A stretch of 64,000 bases of DNA from Roseiflexaceae bacterium (GTDB taxonomy: Bacteria > Chloroflexota > Chloroflexia > Chloroflexales > Roseiflexaceae), in NCBI GenBank assembly GCA_947474225.1, contig CANJHS010000010.1, forward strand, positions 551 through 64,550. Reading direction: 5' to 3'. Every line of letters begins with the position of its first letter. The stretch's first letter is position 1. Shown piece by piece: positions 28,994-39,504 of this stretch. A model generated the notes under the pieces. It was not told the DNA's origin. It saw nothing but the letters and a program-made list of their open reading frames with translations, and searched no databases. The position numbers and the translations under genes were made by a program.

Positions 28994-30535
28994 TCAGGGG
29001 AGATACTTCATAGGGTCAACCGCCTTGCCGCCCACCTTGACGGTGAAGTGCAAATGCACTCCGGTCGAATACCCGCCACCGGCCGTATCGTAGCTGCTAC
29101 CCATCAACCCGATGAAGTCGCCCATATCGACGACGTCCCCCGGCCGAACCGGCGGTTTTTTGAGCATGTGCCCATAGATCGACTGCACGCCATTGCCGTG
29201 ATCGATTTTGACACACCAACCAAATCCGCTACACCAGCCGCCCTCGAACACACGACCATAACGGGCAGCAAAAATAGCTGTCCCTGCTTTGTTGGCAAAG
29301 TCTATGCCATTATGGAACGAATAGAATGGTGCGCTTCGCCACCCGAACGGCGACGTCAGCTGACCCGTTGTTGGCCATACCCAGCGCGGTGGTGGATATG
29401 GTACGTTATTGATACTCGGCAGACCTTCGATTAACCCATCCGACATGCCCAACAACGAACCCTTGACCCAGCCAGTCTCGCCCGGGACATATTCGATTTT
29501 AATCCAGCTTCCATACCGTCCAATAGGAATGAGCCGCTGACCGAGGGCAAGGGTGCCGATTTTGTCGTAAGCGCGGCCTGGACCGCCGCGTAGATTTGTC
29601 TGGTCTTCGAGGACGGTAACCGTCTCGATTGCCTCCATCCCGGCCACACCCTCTGCACTTCCATATTTGTTGATGGTAGCTTCCGGGTAATCGGGCACCG
29701 CAAAGGGGATGAAAACCTCGCGGTCAATCACCAAATCTTCGTCTTTGGTGACTCGATTGGCGCGAAATAACGTTATCGCATCTGGAGTCGACGCATACTG
29801 CGTCGCAATGCTCTCGATGGTGTCGCCTTCGGCGATAGTGTGCGATACGCCCGCCATCCGTGGGATGCGCAGCGTACTACCCACAATAAAGACACGGCCG
29901 TTTTGCAATCCATTCGCCCAAAACAATACTTGCGGGCGCATCGCATATTCTGCCGCAATCGATCCCAACGTGTCATTGCTGCGGATACGGTGATAGAACA
30001 AAAATGGCGGCAACGCATTTGGAAGCGGTGTCACCATGTGCGGTACGGTTAATTCGGAGTCACTACTCACCTGTGGTAACGGCGCATCGATCGGCAGCGT
30101 CATCTCGGCACTGCTCGCCAATCGAGAGTATCCCGATCGATATTCGAGTCCGCTTTTTTTGACGAGTGTTGGTCCAAAGAGCAATATGGCCACGATGACA
30201 ACCGCGCTGGTAACATGCCCCGCCATACGAGGCTCTATGAGCGCATCCACCATGAGTGATTTTTTGCGTACGTTCGTCGTGCTGGGTGTCGCTGTTTGTT
30301 GAATGGCTTGGCCGAGGAAGACTGCTCGGGCTGATTGCGCTGCTTTTTGCTGGGCAACCATTGATTCACGCAAGATACGCGGTGCCAACCATGCTTTGGC
30401 GCCCGCGTTGAGGGGGAATGTGTCTAAAATTGCCCAAACACGCGATCGTGCGGTGACTTCTCGTTGCCGAAGCAGCTGGATTTTGGTCACAATCGATTGC
30501 GTTGACGGCTGCGGTATAATCATTTTGGTCTTCAC
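28994..30535 (-). CDS. M23 peptidoglycan endopeptidase with two LysM domains and an SH3-like domain
   Basis: Has LysM repeats (NDTLGSIAAEY, GDTIESIATQY), an SH3-like NLRGGPGRAYDKIG segment and M23 motifs HNGIDF and SIYGHM ... GVHLHF. Confidence 0.85.
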   Translation of the reverse strand: MKTKMIIPQPSTQSIVTKIQLLRQREVTARSRVWAILDTFPLNAGAKAWLAPRILRESMVAQQKAAQSARAVFLGQAIQQTATPSTTNVRKKSLMVDALIEPRMAGHVTSAVVIVAILLFGPTLVKKSGLEYRSGYSRLASSAEMTLPIDAPLPQVSSDSELTVPHMVTPLPNALPPFLFYHRIRSNDTLGSIAAEYAMRPQVLFWANGLQNGRVFIVGSTLRIPRMAGVSHTIAEGDTIESIATQYASTPDAITLFRANRVTKDEDLVIDREVFIPFAVPDYPEATINKYGSAEGVAGMEAIETVTVLEDQTNLRGGPGRAYDKIGTLALGQRLIPIGRYGSWIKIEYVPGETGWVKGSLLGMSDGLIEGLPSINNVPYPPPRWVWPTTGQLTSPFGWRSAPFYSFHNGIDFANKAGTAIFAARYGRVFEGGWCSGFGWCVKIDHGNGVQSIYGHMLKKPPVRPGDVVDMGDFIGLMGSSYDTAGGGYSTGVHLHFTVKVGGKAVDPMKYLP

Positions 30536-30694
30536 AACGGGCTAGCAACCATCGGATTGTTGCATGATACGACGCAACATAGTTGGTGTCAATAATCTGC
30601 GCCCAGACGCGTTGTATCCCCTCGATGAATGTTGTACTCTGACGTATACTATACCCATCACCCCCTAGGGGTTTTGCTAAGAAGGATAATCACG

Positions 30695-31288
30695 ATGATT
30701 CAAGTCAACGTCGATAGTGTACGTGTGAGTTTACTCACCCAAAACCGCGTTGTCGTGCTACGCGAGACAGACAGTCGGCGCTATTTGCCCATTTGGATTG
30801 GCCAATTCGAGGCAGATGCAATCTCGTTTGTGCTGCAGAACCTCACCCCCACACGCCCTATGACCCACGACCTGCTCTGCACCGTCTTCCAAGAACTCGA
30901 TGCCGAGATAGTCCACGTGCTCATCAACGATGTCCAAGAGACTACCTTCTACGCACGTATTCTCGTCCAGACTCCGCAACGCTCATTCGAAATAGACGCA
31001 CGCACCAGCGACGCAATTGCCATCGCCCTGCGTGCACACGTGCCGATCTTTGTCGCACCACATGTCTTCGAACAAGCGTCTGTGCCGTTCGACGGCGACG
31101 AACAACAAGAACCACCGCTCTTCAAAGCATCCCCATCCGTCAGCGAAACAGAGCCGGCAGCGACCATAGACGCAGCCAACGCTCCTACCGATGCTCCTGT
31201 CTCTGATGAAACGATGTCGATGTTTCGTGACTTCATCAATTCGCTCGACGAAGACGATGATGCAAAGAAAAACCCACCCAGCGCATAG
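30695..31288 (+). CDS. Bifunctional nuclease (BFN/DUF151) domain protein with an acidic tail
   Basis: VVVLRETDSRRYLPIWIGQFEADAI matches the DUF151 core. ATG 30695 lies after GAAGGA. Confidence 0.8.
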   Translation: MIQVNVDSVRVSLLTQNRVVVLRETDSRRYLPIWIGQFEADAISFVLQNLTPTRPMTHDLLCTVFQELDAEIVHVLINDVQETTFYARILVQTPQRSFEIDARTSDAIAIALRAHVPIFVAPHVFEQASVPFDGDEQQEPPLFKASPSVSETEPAATIDAANAPTDAPVSDETMSMFRDFINSLDEDDDAKKNPPSA

Positions 31289-31336
31289 CAACGCGCTTAC
31301 CCAAAACATCTAATCTGATATGTTTTTACACTCCAA

Positions 31337-31809
31337 TGTGCATAACTTGGGGTGTTTTTGTGGATAACTCACCAAAATGTGGAGAGTTCTGCTCTCCAAC
31401 GCACTTTACGTACCTTCGTAAAATAAAAACAAATGTTCGCCTTGGTTTATCATTGTAGTGCAGCGAAAAACCACTACGACACAGTTCTTTTTTGTGTATA
31501 ACGCGTGTAGAATCCGAGGAGAGTCGGCGAATAACATCTGCTCTTTTTCCGCTTCTCCACAGGTTTTGTGGATAACCGAGCCTTGTACTGGTGGACCATT
31601 CTGCATCGATTGTGGATGACTGTCTGATTGCTTTTTTTCTTGTTGAGTACTGTTGACCGTCATACACAATCTGGCACGAGTGATTTTCGCAGCCTTATGG
31701 GTCAAAACCGCACTTTCTACTTATCCACACCGATTACTATCGGCTGCTATTTCTTCTCTTATTCTCTTTGTTCTTCTTATAGAAAGACGTGCGCATACAA
31801 CGATCCACA
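31337..31809. other. DnaA-box cluster (candidate oriC or DnaA-titration/regulatory region)
   Basis: Perfect boxes lie at 31359-31367 and 31567-31575 (TGTGGATAA) and at 31721-31729 (TTATCCACA). One-mismatch boxes lie at 31337-31345, 31493-31501, 31553-31561 and 31611-31619. Two-mismatch boxes lie at 31660-31668 and 31801-31809. The whole region is a noncoding, AT-rich 640-bp gap. Confidence 0.55.
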
Positions 31810-31930
31810 TTACAGAACATCTCCTGTTTCTCCAAAAGTGCAGATTGTGGTACACTACATGCAGTAAGTTATGCATTGTTGCGCCTCGACCTCGGAGGTC
31901 GTGGCGTTTGTATGTTGTGTGGGAGCAAGC

Positions 31931-33769
31931 ATGAAGCGAACAGAATTGCGCAATGTGGCTATTATTGCGCACGTTGACCACGGCAAAACGACCCTCGTAG
32001 ATGGTTTATTACGCCAATCCCGTATCTTCCGAGATAATCAGCAGATGACCGAGCGCGTCATGGACTCGAATGATCTCGAGCGCGAGCGCGGCATCACCAT
32101 CATGGCCAAAAATACCGCCGTGATGTACAAAGGCAACAAAATCAACATCGTCGACACCCCAGGTCACGCAGACTTTGGCGGTGAAGTCGAACGTGTAATG
32201 AACATGGTAGACGGCGTGTTGTTGCTCGTCGATGCTGTCGATGGCCCGATGCCACAAACACGCTTCGTGCTGCGCAAAGCACTCCAGGCTGGTCACAAGG
32301 CGATTGTGGTGGTCAACAAAATTGACCGACCAAATGCGCGACCACAGTGGGTCGTCAACGAAACATTCGACCTGTTCGTCGAGTTGGGTGCAACAGACGA
32401 GCAAGCAGAATTCCATACTGTTTTTTCGAGTGCAATCAATGGTATCGCAGGCACAGACTTCAACAATCTGAGTGATTCACTTGAGCCATTGTTCGACGCC
32501 ATCATCAACCACATCCCCGCACCAGACGTCGATCCAGATGCACCGCTGCAAATGTTGGTTACCAATACGTTCTACGACGACTACCGCGGCAAAATCATGA
32601 TGGGCCGCGTCCGTCGTGGTTCGTTGACCAAGGGTATGTCGGTCATCAAGTTTGACCACGAAGGCGAGATGAAGCCTTCGAAGATCGTCCAGATCTTCCA
32701 ATACGTCGGGTTGAATCGTGCCGAAGTCGAAGAAGCCACCGCTGGCGACATCATCGCCATTGCCGGTATTGCCGATGGCATGATCGGCGACACCATTGCC
32801 GATGCCACCAATCCCGAGCAGCTTCCGGTGCTGGCCGTCGAAGAGCCAACCGTTAACATGACGTTCGGTGTCAACACCAGCCCATTCGCCGGTCGTGAAG
32901 GCCAGCACGTGACCTCGCGCAAGATTCGCGACCGCTTATACGCCGAGCGCGAGCGCGACGTTGCATTGCGTGTCGAAGACACCGATGTCCCTGATGCCTT
33001 CACGGTATCTGGTCGCGGTGAATTGCATTTGACTATTCTGATCGAAAATATGCGCCGTGAAGGGTATGAATTCCAGGTTTCGAAGCCTGAAGTTATCTTC
33101 CGTGTTATCGACGAGCAGCGGATGGAGCCTATCGAACAGGTCGAAATCGAAGTCTCGGAGCAATACCAAGGTGCAGTTATCGAATTGCTCGGGCAGCGCC
33201 GCGGTATCATGCGCGATATGCGCTACCGCGAAGACGGGACCGTCAGCCTGACATTCCTTGTGCCTACCCGCGGTTTGCTCGGCTTCCGCCAGCAACTGCT
33301 CACCGCCAGCCGCGGTGAAGGGCAAATGAATTCGTTGTTCTACGAATACCAGCCTGTAGCCGGTGATATCAGCACGCGTTCCAATGGTTCGTTGGTTGCG
33401 TCAGAGTCCGGTCAAACGACGACCTTTGGGTTGTTCGGCTCGCAGGAGCGCGGGCAGTTGTTCATTGGCGCCGGCGTCGATATCTACGAAGGTATGGTCA
33501 TCGGTATGCACGCCCGTGAGCGCGACCTCGAAGTCAACTGCTGCAAAAAGAAGCACCTTACCAACATGCGTTCGTCTGGTGCCGACGATGCACAACGCCT
33601 CGAGACCCCACGTAACATGAGCTTGGATGATGCAGTCGAATACATCGGCGACGATGAATTGCTCGAAATCACCCCCAAGAACTATCGCTTGCGCAAGAAA
33701 TTGCTCAATCAAGAAGAGCGTAAACGCGATCAAAAACGCCGCGAAATGTCTTTGATGACAAACGGCTAA
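31931..33769 (+). CDS. typA: Translational GTPase TypA/BipA
   Basis: [20 protein letters not shown]1 motif, with the full BipA layout. ATG 31931 lies after GGGAG. Confidence 0.95.
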   Translation: MKRTELRNVAIIAHVDHGKTTLVDGLLRQSRIFRDNQQMTERVMDSNDLERERGITIMAKNTAVMYKGNKINIVDTPGHADFGGEVERVMNMVDGVLLLVDAVDGPMPQTRFVLRKALQAGHKAIVVVNKIDRPNARPQWVVNETFDLFVELGATDEQAEFHTVFSSAINGIAGTDFNNLSDSLEPLFDAIINHIPAPDVDPDAPLQMLVTNTFYDDYRGKIMMGRVRRGSLTKGMSVIKFDHEGEMKPSKIVQIFQYVGLNRAEVEEATAGDIIAIAGIADGMIGDTIADATNPEQLPVLAVEEPTVNMTFGVNTSPFAGREGQHVTSRKIRDRLYAERERDVALRVEDTDVPDAFTVSGRGELHLTILIENMRREGYEFQVSKPEVIFRVIDEQRMEPIEQVEIEVSEQYQGAVIELLGQRRGIMRDMRYREDGTVSLTFLVPTRGLLGFRQQLLTASRGEGQMNSLFYEYQPVAGDISTRSNGSLVASESGQTTTFGLFGSQERGQLFIGAGVDIYEGMVIGMHARERDLEVNCCKKKHLTNMRSSGADDAQRLETPRNMSLDDAVEYIGDDELLEITPKNYRLRKKLLNQEERKRDQKRREMSLMTNG

Positions 33770-33788
33770 ACTTTTCGTGCTTGTATCG

Positions 33789-33830
33789 AAACAGACCGAG
33801 GTACGTCATGTACCTCGGTCTGTTTGTTGT
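33789..33830 (+). terminator. Rho-independent terminator after typA
   Basis: AAACAGACCGAGGTAC-gtcat-GTACCTCGGTCTGTTT followed by a GTTGTT tail. It lies inside the track's extended ORF 33781. Confidence 0.75.
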
Positions 33831-33873
33831 TATACTACCCTACATAATACGCACCAAATATATCGAGGCATGC

Positions 33874-35625
33874 ATGAACCAGCTCCGGGCATTGTGGCCC
33901 TATGTTGTTCGGTATCGGGCCCGTTTTCTCCTTGGCTTGCTGACGAGCGTCATTGCAACCGGATTTGCGGTGCAAATTCCGCAGATGTTGCGCATCATTG
34001 TCAACGAAATCAACGAACGCGGCATTATTTGGACCGATTTGATACACAGTGTGCTCATCATGGTGGGTTTTTCGATCGCTGATGGTATCTTTCGTTTCGG
34101 CCAACGCACGCTGATTATGGGAACCGCCCATCAGGTCGAAAGTGATATCCGCGAAGGCATGTTCAAACGATTGCTCGAACTGGATCAGAAGTTCTACGGT
34201 GAACATCACACCGGCGACCTGATGACGCGCGTCACCAACGATATTTCGTCTATTCGACAATTCTATGGTCCGGGAGTGAGTTCGATGGCCAGCGCAATAT
34301 TGATGATTGTGACTGCATCGGCGCTCATGATGACTACCAATGCCACACTCGCATCTATCGTGTTGTTGCTGCTGCCGGTCGTCACCATTTTGTTTGTGGT
34401 GGTCGGTGGTCGCATGCGCCTTATCTTCCGCAAGGTGCAGGATTTGTTTGGCGAGGTGTCGAGCCGGGCCCAAGAAAACTTCTCGGGCATACGCACCATC
34501 AAAGCGTATACCCAAGAAGTACCCGAGACCGCAGAATTCTTGCGTGTCAACGAACGGTTTCGTCTGCAAAACGTCAAATACGTGTTGTTGAGTGGTTTGC
34601 TTTGGCCGACCATTAGTCTCGTGATGGGCACCATCGGTGCACTTGTGTTGCTCATCGGTGGTCGTTCTGTGGCAGCCGGCGAGATGACTATCGGTGATCT
34701 CGTCCTCTTCAACGGGTACTTGGCCGCCCTCGGCTGGCCGGTTGTTGCGCTGGGTTGGACGGTCGATCTCTATCAACAGGCTGCTTCGGCAGCTGGTCGG
34801 CTCGGTGAGGTGTTGCAGCGCGTCCCTACAATCAAAGATGAATCACATACGCCTGTCCAACTTACTGTCGATGGTGCGATTGCTTTTCGCAATGTCGGTA
34901 TTTCTGTCGGCGATGGCGATGCCAAGCGAACGATTTTGCACGATATTTCGTTTACAGTCGAAAAGGGACAGACAGTAGCGATTGTGGGCGCGACTGGTGG
35001 CGGCAAAACGACCCTGGTCAATCTGCTGTCGCGCGTCCAAGATCCTACCCACGGTACCGTTCATATCGATGGTCATGACATCCGCACGGTAGCCTTATCG
35101 TCACTCCGTGACGGTATCGGGTATGTCCCGCAAGATACTTTTCTGTTTAGCGTCCCAGTGCGCGAAAATGTCACATTCGGACGACCAGATGCAGACGAAG
35201 CAGATATCCAACAAGCGCTGCTTATTTCGCGGTTGAGTAATGATGTCGTCCAATTGCCGCAAGGTATTGATACGCTCGTCGGTGAACGTGGTGTCACACT
35301 TTCTGGTGGCCAAAAACAACGCACCGCTATTGCCCGCGCGGTACTGCGCAACCCAGCAATTTTGGTGCTCGATGATGCGTTGTCCAGTGTCGATACGCAC
35401 ACTGCCGCACAGATTCTCGAAGGATTGCGTACCTTCCGGTCTGGTGGCACAGCGATTCTGATAGCACAGCGTATTGCTACGGTGCGCGAGGCCGATATGA
35501 TTATCGTCCTCCATGAAGGGACCATCGCCGAGCAAGGAACGCACAGTGAGCTCGTTGCACGCAATGGTCGGTACGCCGCGATGTATCAGCGCGAGCAGTT
35601 GGCTGATGCCGTCGAGAACGCGTAG
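33874..35625 (+). CDS. ABC exporter, fused permease/ATPase (heterodimer subunit 1)
   Basis: Has a six-TM domain plus an NBD with GATGGGKTT, LSGGQKQR and ILVLDDALS. ATG 33874 lies after GAGG, downstream of the typA terminator. Confidence 0.85.
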   Translation: MNQLRALWPYVVRYRARFLLGLLTSVIATGFAVQIPQMLRIIVNEINERGIIWTDLIHSVLIMVGFSIADGIFRFGQRTLIMGTAHQVESDIREGMFKRLLELDQKFYGEHHTGDLMTRVTNDISSIRQFYGPGVSSMASAILMIVTASALMMTTNATLASIVLLLLPVVTILFVVVGGRMRLIFRKVQDLFGEVSSRAQENFSGIRTIKAYTQEVPETAEFLRVNERFRLQNVKYVLLSGLLWPTISLVMGTIGALVLLIGGRSVAAGEMTIGDLVLFNGYLAALGWPVVALGWTVDLYQQAASAAGRLGEVLQRVPTIKDESHTPVQLTVDGAIAFRNVGISVGDGDAKRTILHDISFTVEKGQTVAIVGATGGGKTTLVNLLSRVQDPTHGTVHIDGHDIRTVALSSLRDGIGYVPQDTFLFSVPVRENVTFGRPDADEADIQQALLISRLSNDVVQLPQGIDTLVGERGVTLSGGQKQRTAIARAVLRNPAILVLDDALSSVDTHTAAQILEGLRTFRSGGTAILIAQRIATVREADMIIVLHEGTIAEQGTHSELVARNGRYAAMYQREQLADAVENA

Positions 35626-35668
35626 CTTTTCCCACAGAATCGTATCCGTACACATATAGGACAAAAGT

Positions 35669-37453
35669 ATGACAGTCTACGATGACGAAATATTAGGGAA
35701 AGCGTACGATGGTCGGTTAGTAAGACGACTCATGACGTTTGTCTGGCCCTACAAATGGCAACTCTTCCTGTCGATTGGGTTGATGGTCGGCAGTGCATTG
35801 GTCGAATTGGTGCCACCATATCTGTTGCGCACCGCGATTGATGGTCCAATCGCCAGCAAACACATCGATGGAATCGTGCCTATTTTTTTGATTTACATCA
35901 TTACCCTCGTGGCAGCCTTTGGTTTTCGCTATGCACAAAATTACACCATGCAGGTGATGAGCCAAAAAGTCATTATCGATATCCGAATGGTTATTTTTAG
36001 CCATATTCAACGGATGAGTCTTGGATTCTTCGATCGCAATCCGGTCGGCCGATTATTGACGCGTATAACCAATGACGTCGATGCGCTGAACGAATTTATC
36101 ACGCAGGGTACGGTTGCGCTGCTGGGCGATCTTGTCCGGTTGATTTTTGTGATCGGCATGATGCTGATATTGAGTTGGCGATTGGCATTGGTGTCGTTCA
36201 TCATGTTCCCGGTGGTGATAATTTCGACGATCATCTTCCAAAAAATCATGCGGGCCACCTACCGCGAGATGCGTCAGCGTCTGGCGCGTATCAACGCCTA
36301 TCTCAACGAACAAATCACCGGGGTATTGGTGACCCAATTGTTTGGCCGAGAACCGCGCAGCAAGGAATACTTCGCCGAGATGAGTGCCAAATATCTCGAA
36401 TCACAATTCAAGTCCAATACGACATTCGCAGTGTTCTTCCCTGCCATTAACCTCATCTCGGTAACGGCGACAGCGGTGTTGCTGTTGTTGGGGAGTCAAT
36501 TAGTCTTTGCAGAATATGCAACGATAGGGTTGTTGGTTGCGTTTACCCTGTATAACGAGCAAGCGTTTGGCCCGATTCGCCAATTGGCAGAGCGGTATAA
36601 CACATTGCAAAGCGCGATGGCATCATCCGAACGCATTTTCGGTGTGCTTGATACACCCGAAGGTATCCTCGATCCAGAACATCCCGTTGCATTGCCGGCT
36701 CCGGTACGCGGCGAAATCGTCTTCGACAAGGTCATCTTTGGCTACAATCCAGACGAACCGGTGCTCAAAGGGGTCTCGTTCACCATCCCAGCAGGGCAAT
36801 CTGTGGCAGTGGTGGGTGCAACGGGTGCCGGCAAAACATCGTTGGTCAGTTTGATGGCGCGTTTCTATGACATCCAATCCGGTGGAATTTTGTTGGATGG
36901 TATCGACATCCGCACCGTGCCGCAGCACGAGTTGCGCAGGCATGTCGGCGCAGTCCCGCAGGATCCAACCTGTTTCAGCGGCACCATTCTGCAGAATATT
37001 CGACTGCACGACGAGACGATTACTGATGAGCGCGTCAAATGGGCGGCTGAGATTTCTGGTGCTTCGACGTTTATCGACCACCTGCCAGATACATACCAGT
37101 ACGAAGTGCGTGAACGTGGTTCAAACCTGTCTGTCGGTCAACGGCAGTTGTTGGCGTTCGCACGCGCCATGGCCTTTAATCCTGATGTCCTGCTCATCCT
37201 CGACGAAGCGACTTCGAGTGTCGATACCGAGACCGAAGTTGTCATGCAGAAAGCTGTCCAGCGCTTGTTGAAGGGGCGTACCTCGATTGTCATTGCTCAC
37301 CGTTTGTCGACGATCCGCAACGTTGATCGTATTTTGGTGTTGCACCGTGGTGAACTCGTCGAAGATGGCTCGCACGAAGAACTCCTCGCCCTCAACGGCT
37401 TCTATGCGCGACTCTATCGTCTGCAATACGCAGAACAATTGGGTGGCAGCTAG
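35669..37453 (+). CDS. ABC exporter, fused permease/ATPase (heterodimer subunit 2)
   Basis: 594 aa. The NBD has GATGAGKTS, LSVGQRQL and LLILDEATS. Confidence 0.9.
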   Translation: MTVYDDEILGKAYDGRLVRRLMTFVWPYKWQLFLSIGLMVGSALVELVPPYLLRTAIDGPIASKHIDGIVPIFLIYIITLVAAFGFRYAQNYTMQVMSQKVIIDIRMVIFSHIQRMSLGFFDRNPVGRLLTRITNDVDALNEFITQGTVALLGDLVRLIFVIGMMLILSWRLALVSFIMFPVVIISTIIFQKIMRATYREMRQRLARINAYLNEQITGVLVTQLFGREPRSKEYFAEMSAKYLESQFKSNTTFAVFFPAINLISVTATAVLLLLGSQLVFAEYATIGLLVAFTLYNEQAFGPIRQLAERYNTLQSAMASSERIFGVLDTPEGILDPEHPVALPAPVRGEIVFDKVIFGYNPDEPVLKGVSFTIPAGQSVAVVGATGAGKTSLVSLMARFYDIQSGGILLDGIDIRTVPQHELRRHVGAVPQDPTCFSGTILQNIRLHDETITDERVKWAAEISGASTFIDHLPDTYQYEVRERGSNLSVGQRQLLAFARAMAFNPDVLLILDEATSSVDTETEVVMQKAVQRLLKGRTSIVIAHRLSTIRNVDRILVLHRGELVEDGSHEELLALNGFYARLYRLQYAEQLGGS

Positions 37454-37519
37454 AGTCTCGTGGCGAACAGTGGTAGGATTGTGGTAACCCTTTGAGATGT
37501 AGAGAAAGAAGGCAGAGCG

Positions 37520-38842
37520 ATGGCTCCGAGCATCATTTTGAAAACTGCGATTCCTGGACCAAAATCCAAAGCTGTCGTTGCGCGTCGCGAAGCGGCGGTA
37601 CCAAGCGGCTTGTACAAAGCGCATCCGATTGCAATTGAAAGCGCCAAAGGCGCACTGGTAACAGACGTCGATGGCAATACCTACATCGACTTTGTCGGTG
37701 GTATCGGTGTGCTCAATGCCGGCCATGCGATGCCCGAGATTGTCAATGCAATCACCGACCAAGCACAGAAGTTGATCCACTTTTCGGCGCTGGTGGGCAC
37801 CTACGAAAGCTACGTTGCGCTCTGTGAACGTCTCAATGACGCGGTGCCAATCACTGGGCCCAACAAAACAATTCTGGCCAACAGTGGTGCCGAAGCGGTA
37901 GAAAACGCCATCAAAATCGCCAAATATGCCACCGGACGAAGTGCCATTATTGCCTTTGAGGGTGGGTATCATGGCCGCACACTGATGACACTTTCGCTGA
38001 CATCCAAAACTTCATTCAAAAAGAACCTCGGACCGTTCTTTCCCGAAGTCTATCGTGCTCCATTCCCATATGAATATCAATGTGCAATGTGTACCAATGC
38101 CTGTAGCGGTGCGTGTGCCGATCAGCTCGAAAAGATGCTGCTGACGCATGTCGAACCGTCTGCGGTGGCAGCGATTATCATCGAACCGGTGCAGGGTGAA
38201 GGCGGGTTCATTCCCGTACCACCCAGCTATATGAAACGATTGCGCGCGCTGTGTGACAAGCACGGTATCATCCTGATTGCCGACGAAGTCCAGTGTGGCT
38301 TTGGTCGTACCGGTACATTGTTTGCTATGGAACAGATGGGTGTCGAACCCGATATCATCGTGACCGCCAAGTCCATTGCCGCCGGCATGCCATTGGCAGC
38401 GGTAACCGGACGGGCGCACTTGATGGATACTGTTCACCTCGGTGGCATTGGCGGTACGTACGGTGGGAATCCGCTCGCTTGCGCTGCAGCACTCGAAGTC
38501 ATGAATCAATTCCAGGATGGCAACCTGCTCGAGCGAGCGATGTCGATTGGTGGTCAAATCCGTACACGCGGTGAACAGTGGACCAAACAGTTCAGTGGTA
38601 TCGGTGATGTGCGTGGTCTGGGTGGCATGATTGCCATCGAGTTCGTCAAGGATCGCACTACGCGAGAACCTGATCCAGATGCTGTCGCAAAAGTCGCTAC
38701 CTACTGTTTGCAGCACGGTGTCATCACCATGCGGGCTGGTTTGTATACCAATTGTATTCGCCTGTTGATGCCATTGGTTATTACTGACGAACAGCTCCAA
38801 GAAGGCTTGGATGTGCTCGAAGCCGCAATGAAGTCACTCTAG
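37520..38842 (+). CDS. Class III PLP aminotransferase (4-aminobutyrate/omega-amino acid transaminase family)
   Basis: 440 aa. Has SGAEAVENAIKIA, a DEVQCGFGRTG motif and TAKSIAAG (PLP Lys). Confidence 0.85.
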   Translation: MAPSIILKTAIPGPKSKAVVARREAAVPSGLYKAHPIAIESAKGALVTDVDGNTYIDFVGGIGVLNAGHAMPEIVNAITDQAQKLIHFSALVGTYESYVALCERLNDAVPITGPNKTILANSGAEAVENAIKIAKYATGRSAIIAFEGGYHGRTLMTLSLTSKTSFKKNLGPFFPEVYRAPFPYEYQCAMCTNACSGACADQLEKMLLTHVEPSAVAAIIIEPVQGEGGFIPVPPSYMKRLRALCDKHGIILIADEVQCGFGRTGTLFAMEQMGVEPDIIVTAKSIAAGMPLAAVTGRAHLMDTVHLGGIGGTYGGNPLACAAALEVMNQFQDGNLLERAMSIGGQIRTRGEQWTKQFSGIGDVRGLGGMIAIEFVKDRTTREPDPDAVAKVATYCLQHGVITMRAGLYTNCIRLLMPLVITDEQLQEGLDVLEAAMKSL

Positions 38843-38850
38843 GAGCCGGC

Positions 38851-39474
38851 ATGCAATTCACCGTCGTCAACACGGCGCTTGCACACATCGATGCACTCGA
38901 GGAGTTGCAGCGGTTGTGCTACCCCACTTTGGACCCGTCGCATCTGTTGCGACGACCGCATCTCGAGAGTCACTTGCGCATCTTCCCTGAGGGACAGCAT
39001 GTCGCGTTGTATGACGGCCGGCCGGTTGCAATGAGCTCGACGCTGCGTCAGCATGTCGATTTCGAACATGCCCAACATGCGTTTGATGATGTTATTGCGG
39101 GTGGGTACTTTACCACCCACGAACCAACCGGCGAATGGCTCTATGGGGCCGACATGAGTACCCATCCTGATTATCGCCAAAAAGGACTAGCGTCGTTGCT
39201 CTATCACGCACGTCGTGACCTGATCAAGCGACTCAATCTGCGCGGTATGGTCGGTGGCGGCATGGTACCGGGATATCGCTTCTACAAAGATCAGATGTCT
39301 TTGGATGTGTATGCAGCCAAAGTATCGGCAGGTGAGCTCAAAGATCCGACGCTGACGCCACAGCTCAAGAATGGGTATGTGGTACGTGGTATCATCCGCG
39401 ACTACTTGCACGACGACGTATTGGGCAATGATGCCACGCTGATTGTCTATGACAATCCCGACTATCGAACATAG
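38851..39474 (+). CDS. GNAT-family N-acetyltransferase (probable)
   Basis: 207 aa. HPDYRQKGLASLLYHARRDL resembles GNAT motif A (acetyl-CoA binding). Confidence 0.65.
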   Translation: MQFTVVNTALAHIDALEELQRLCYPTLDPSHLLRRPHLESHLRIFPEGQHVALYDGRPVAMSSTLRQHVDFEHAQHAFDDVIAGGYFTTHEPTGEWLYGADMSTHPDYRQKGLASLLYHARRDLIKRLNLRGMVGGGMVPGYRFYKDQMSLDVYAAKVSAGELKDPTLTPQLKNGYVVRGIIRDYLHDDVLGNDATLIVYDNPDYRT

Positions 39475-39504
39475 GCTCTGCTGTACGATTATCACGAGGA
39501 TTAT

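Noticed and set aside
31326-31705. Two overlapping minus-strand ORFs (113 and 99 aa) and plus-strand ORFs in the typA upstream gap
   Set aside because: They have no RBS, overlap one another, and have odd composition. The region is better explained as regulatory or origin-like DNA with DnaA boxes. I also looked for RNase P, tmRNA, SRP or 6S hallmarks and recognised none.
33835-34776. 313-aa minus-strand ORF. Similar long antisense ORFs occur at 37121-37972, 38012-38800, 50294-51136, 8858-9535 and 23284-24183.
   Set aside because: All lie opposite strongly supported CDSs (ABC exporters, aminotransferase, lutB, pgi, oppD-like). They show low-complexity, shadow-ORF composition.
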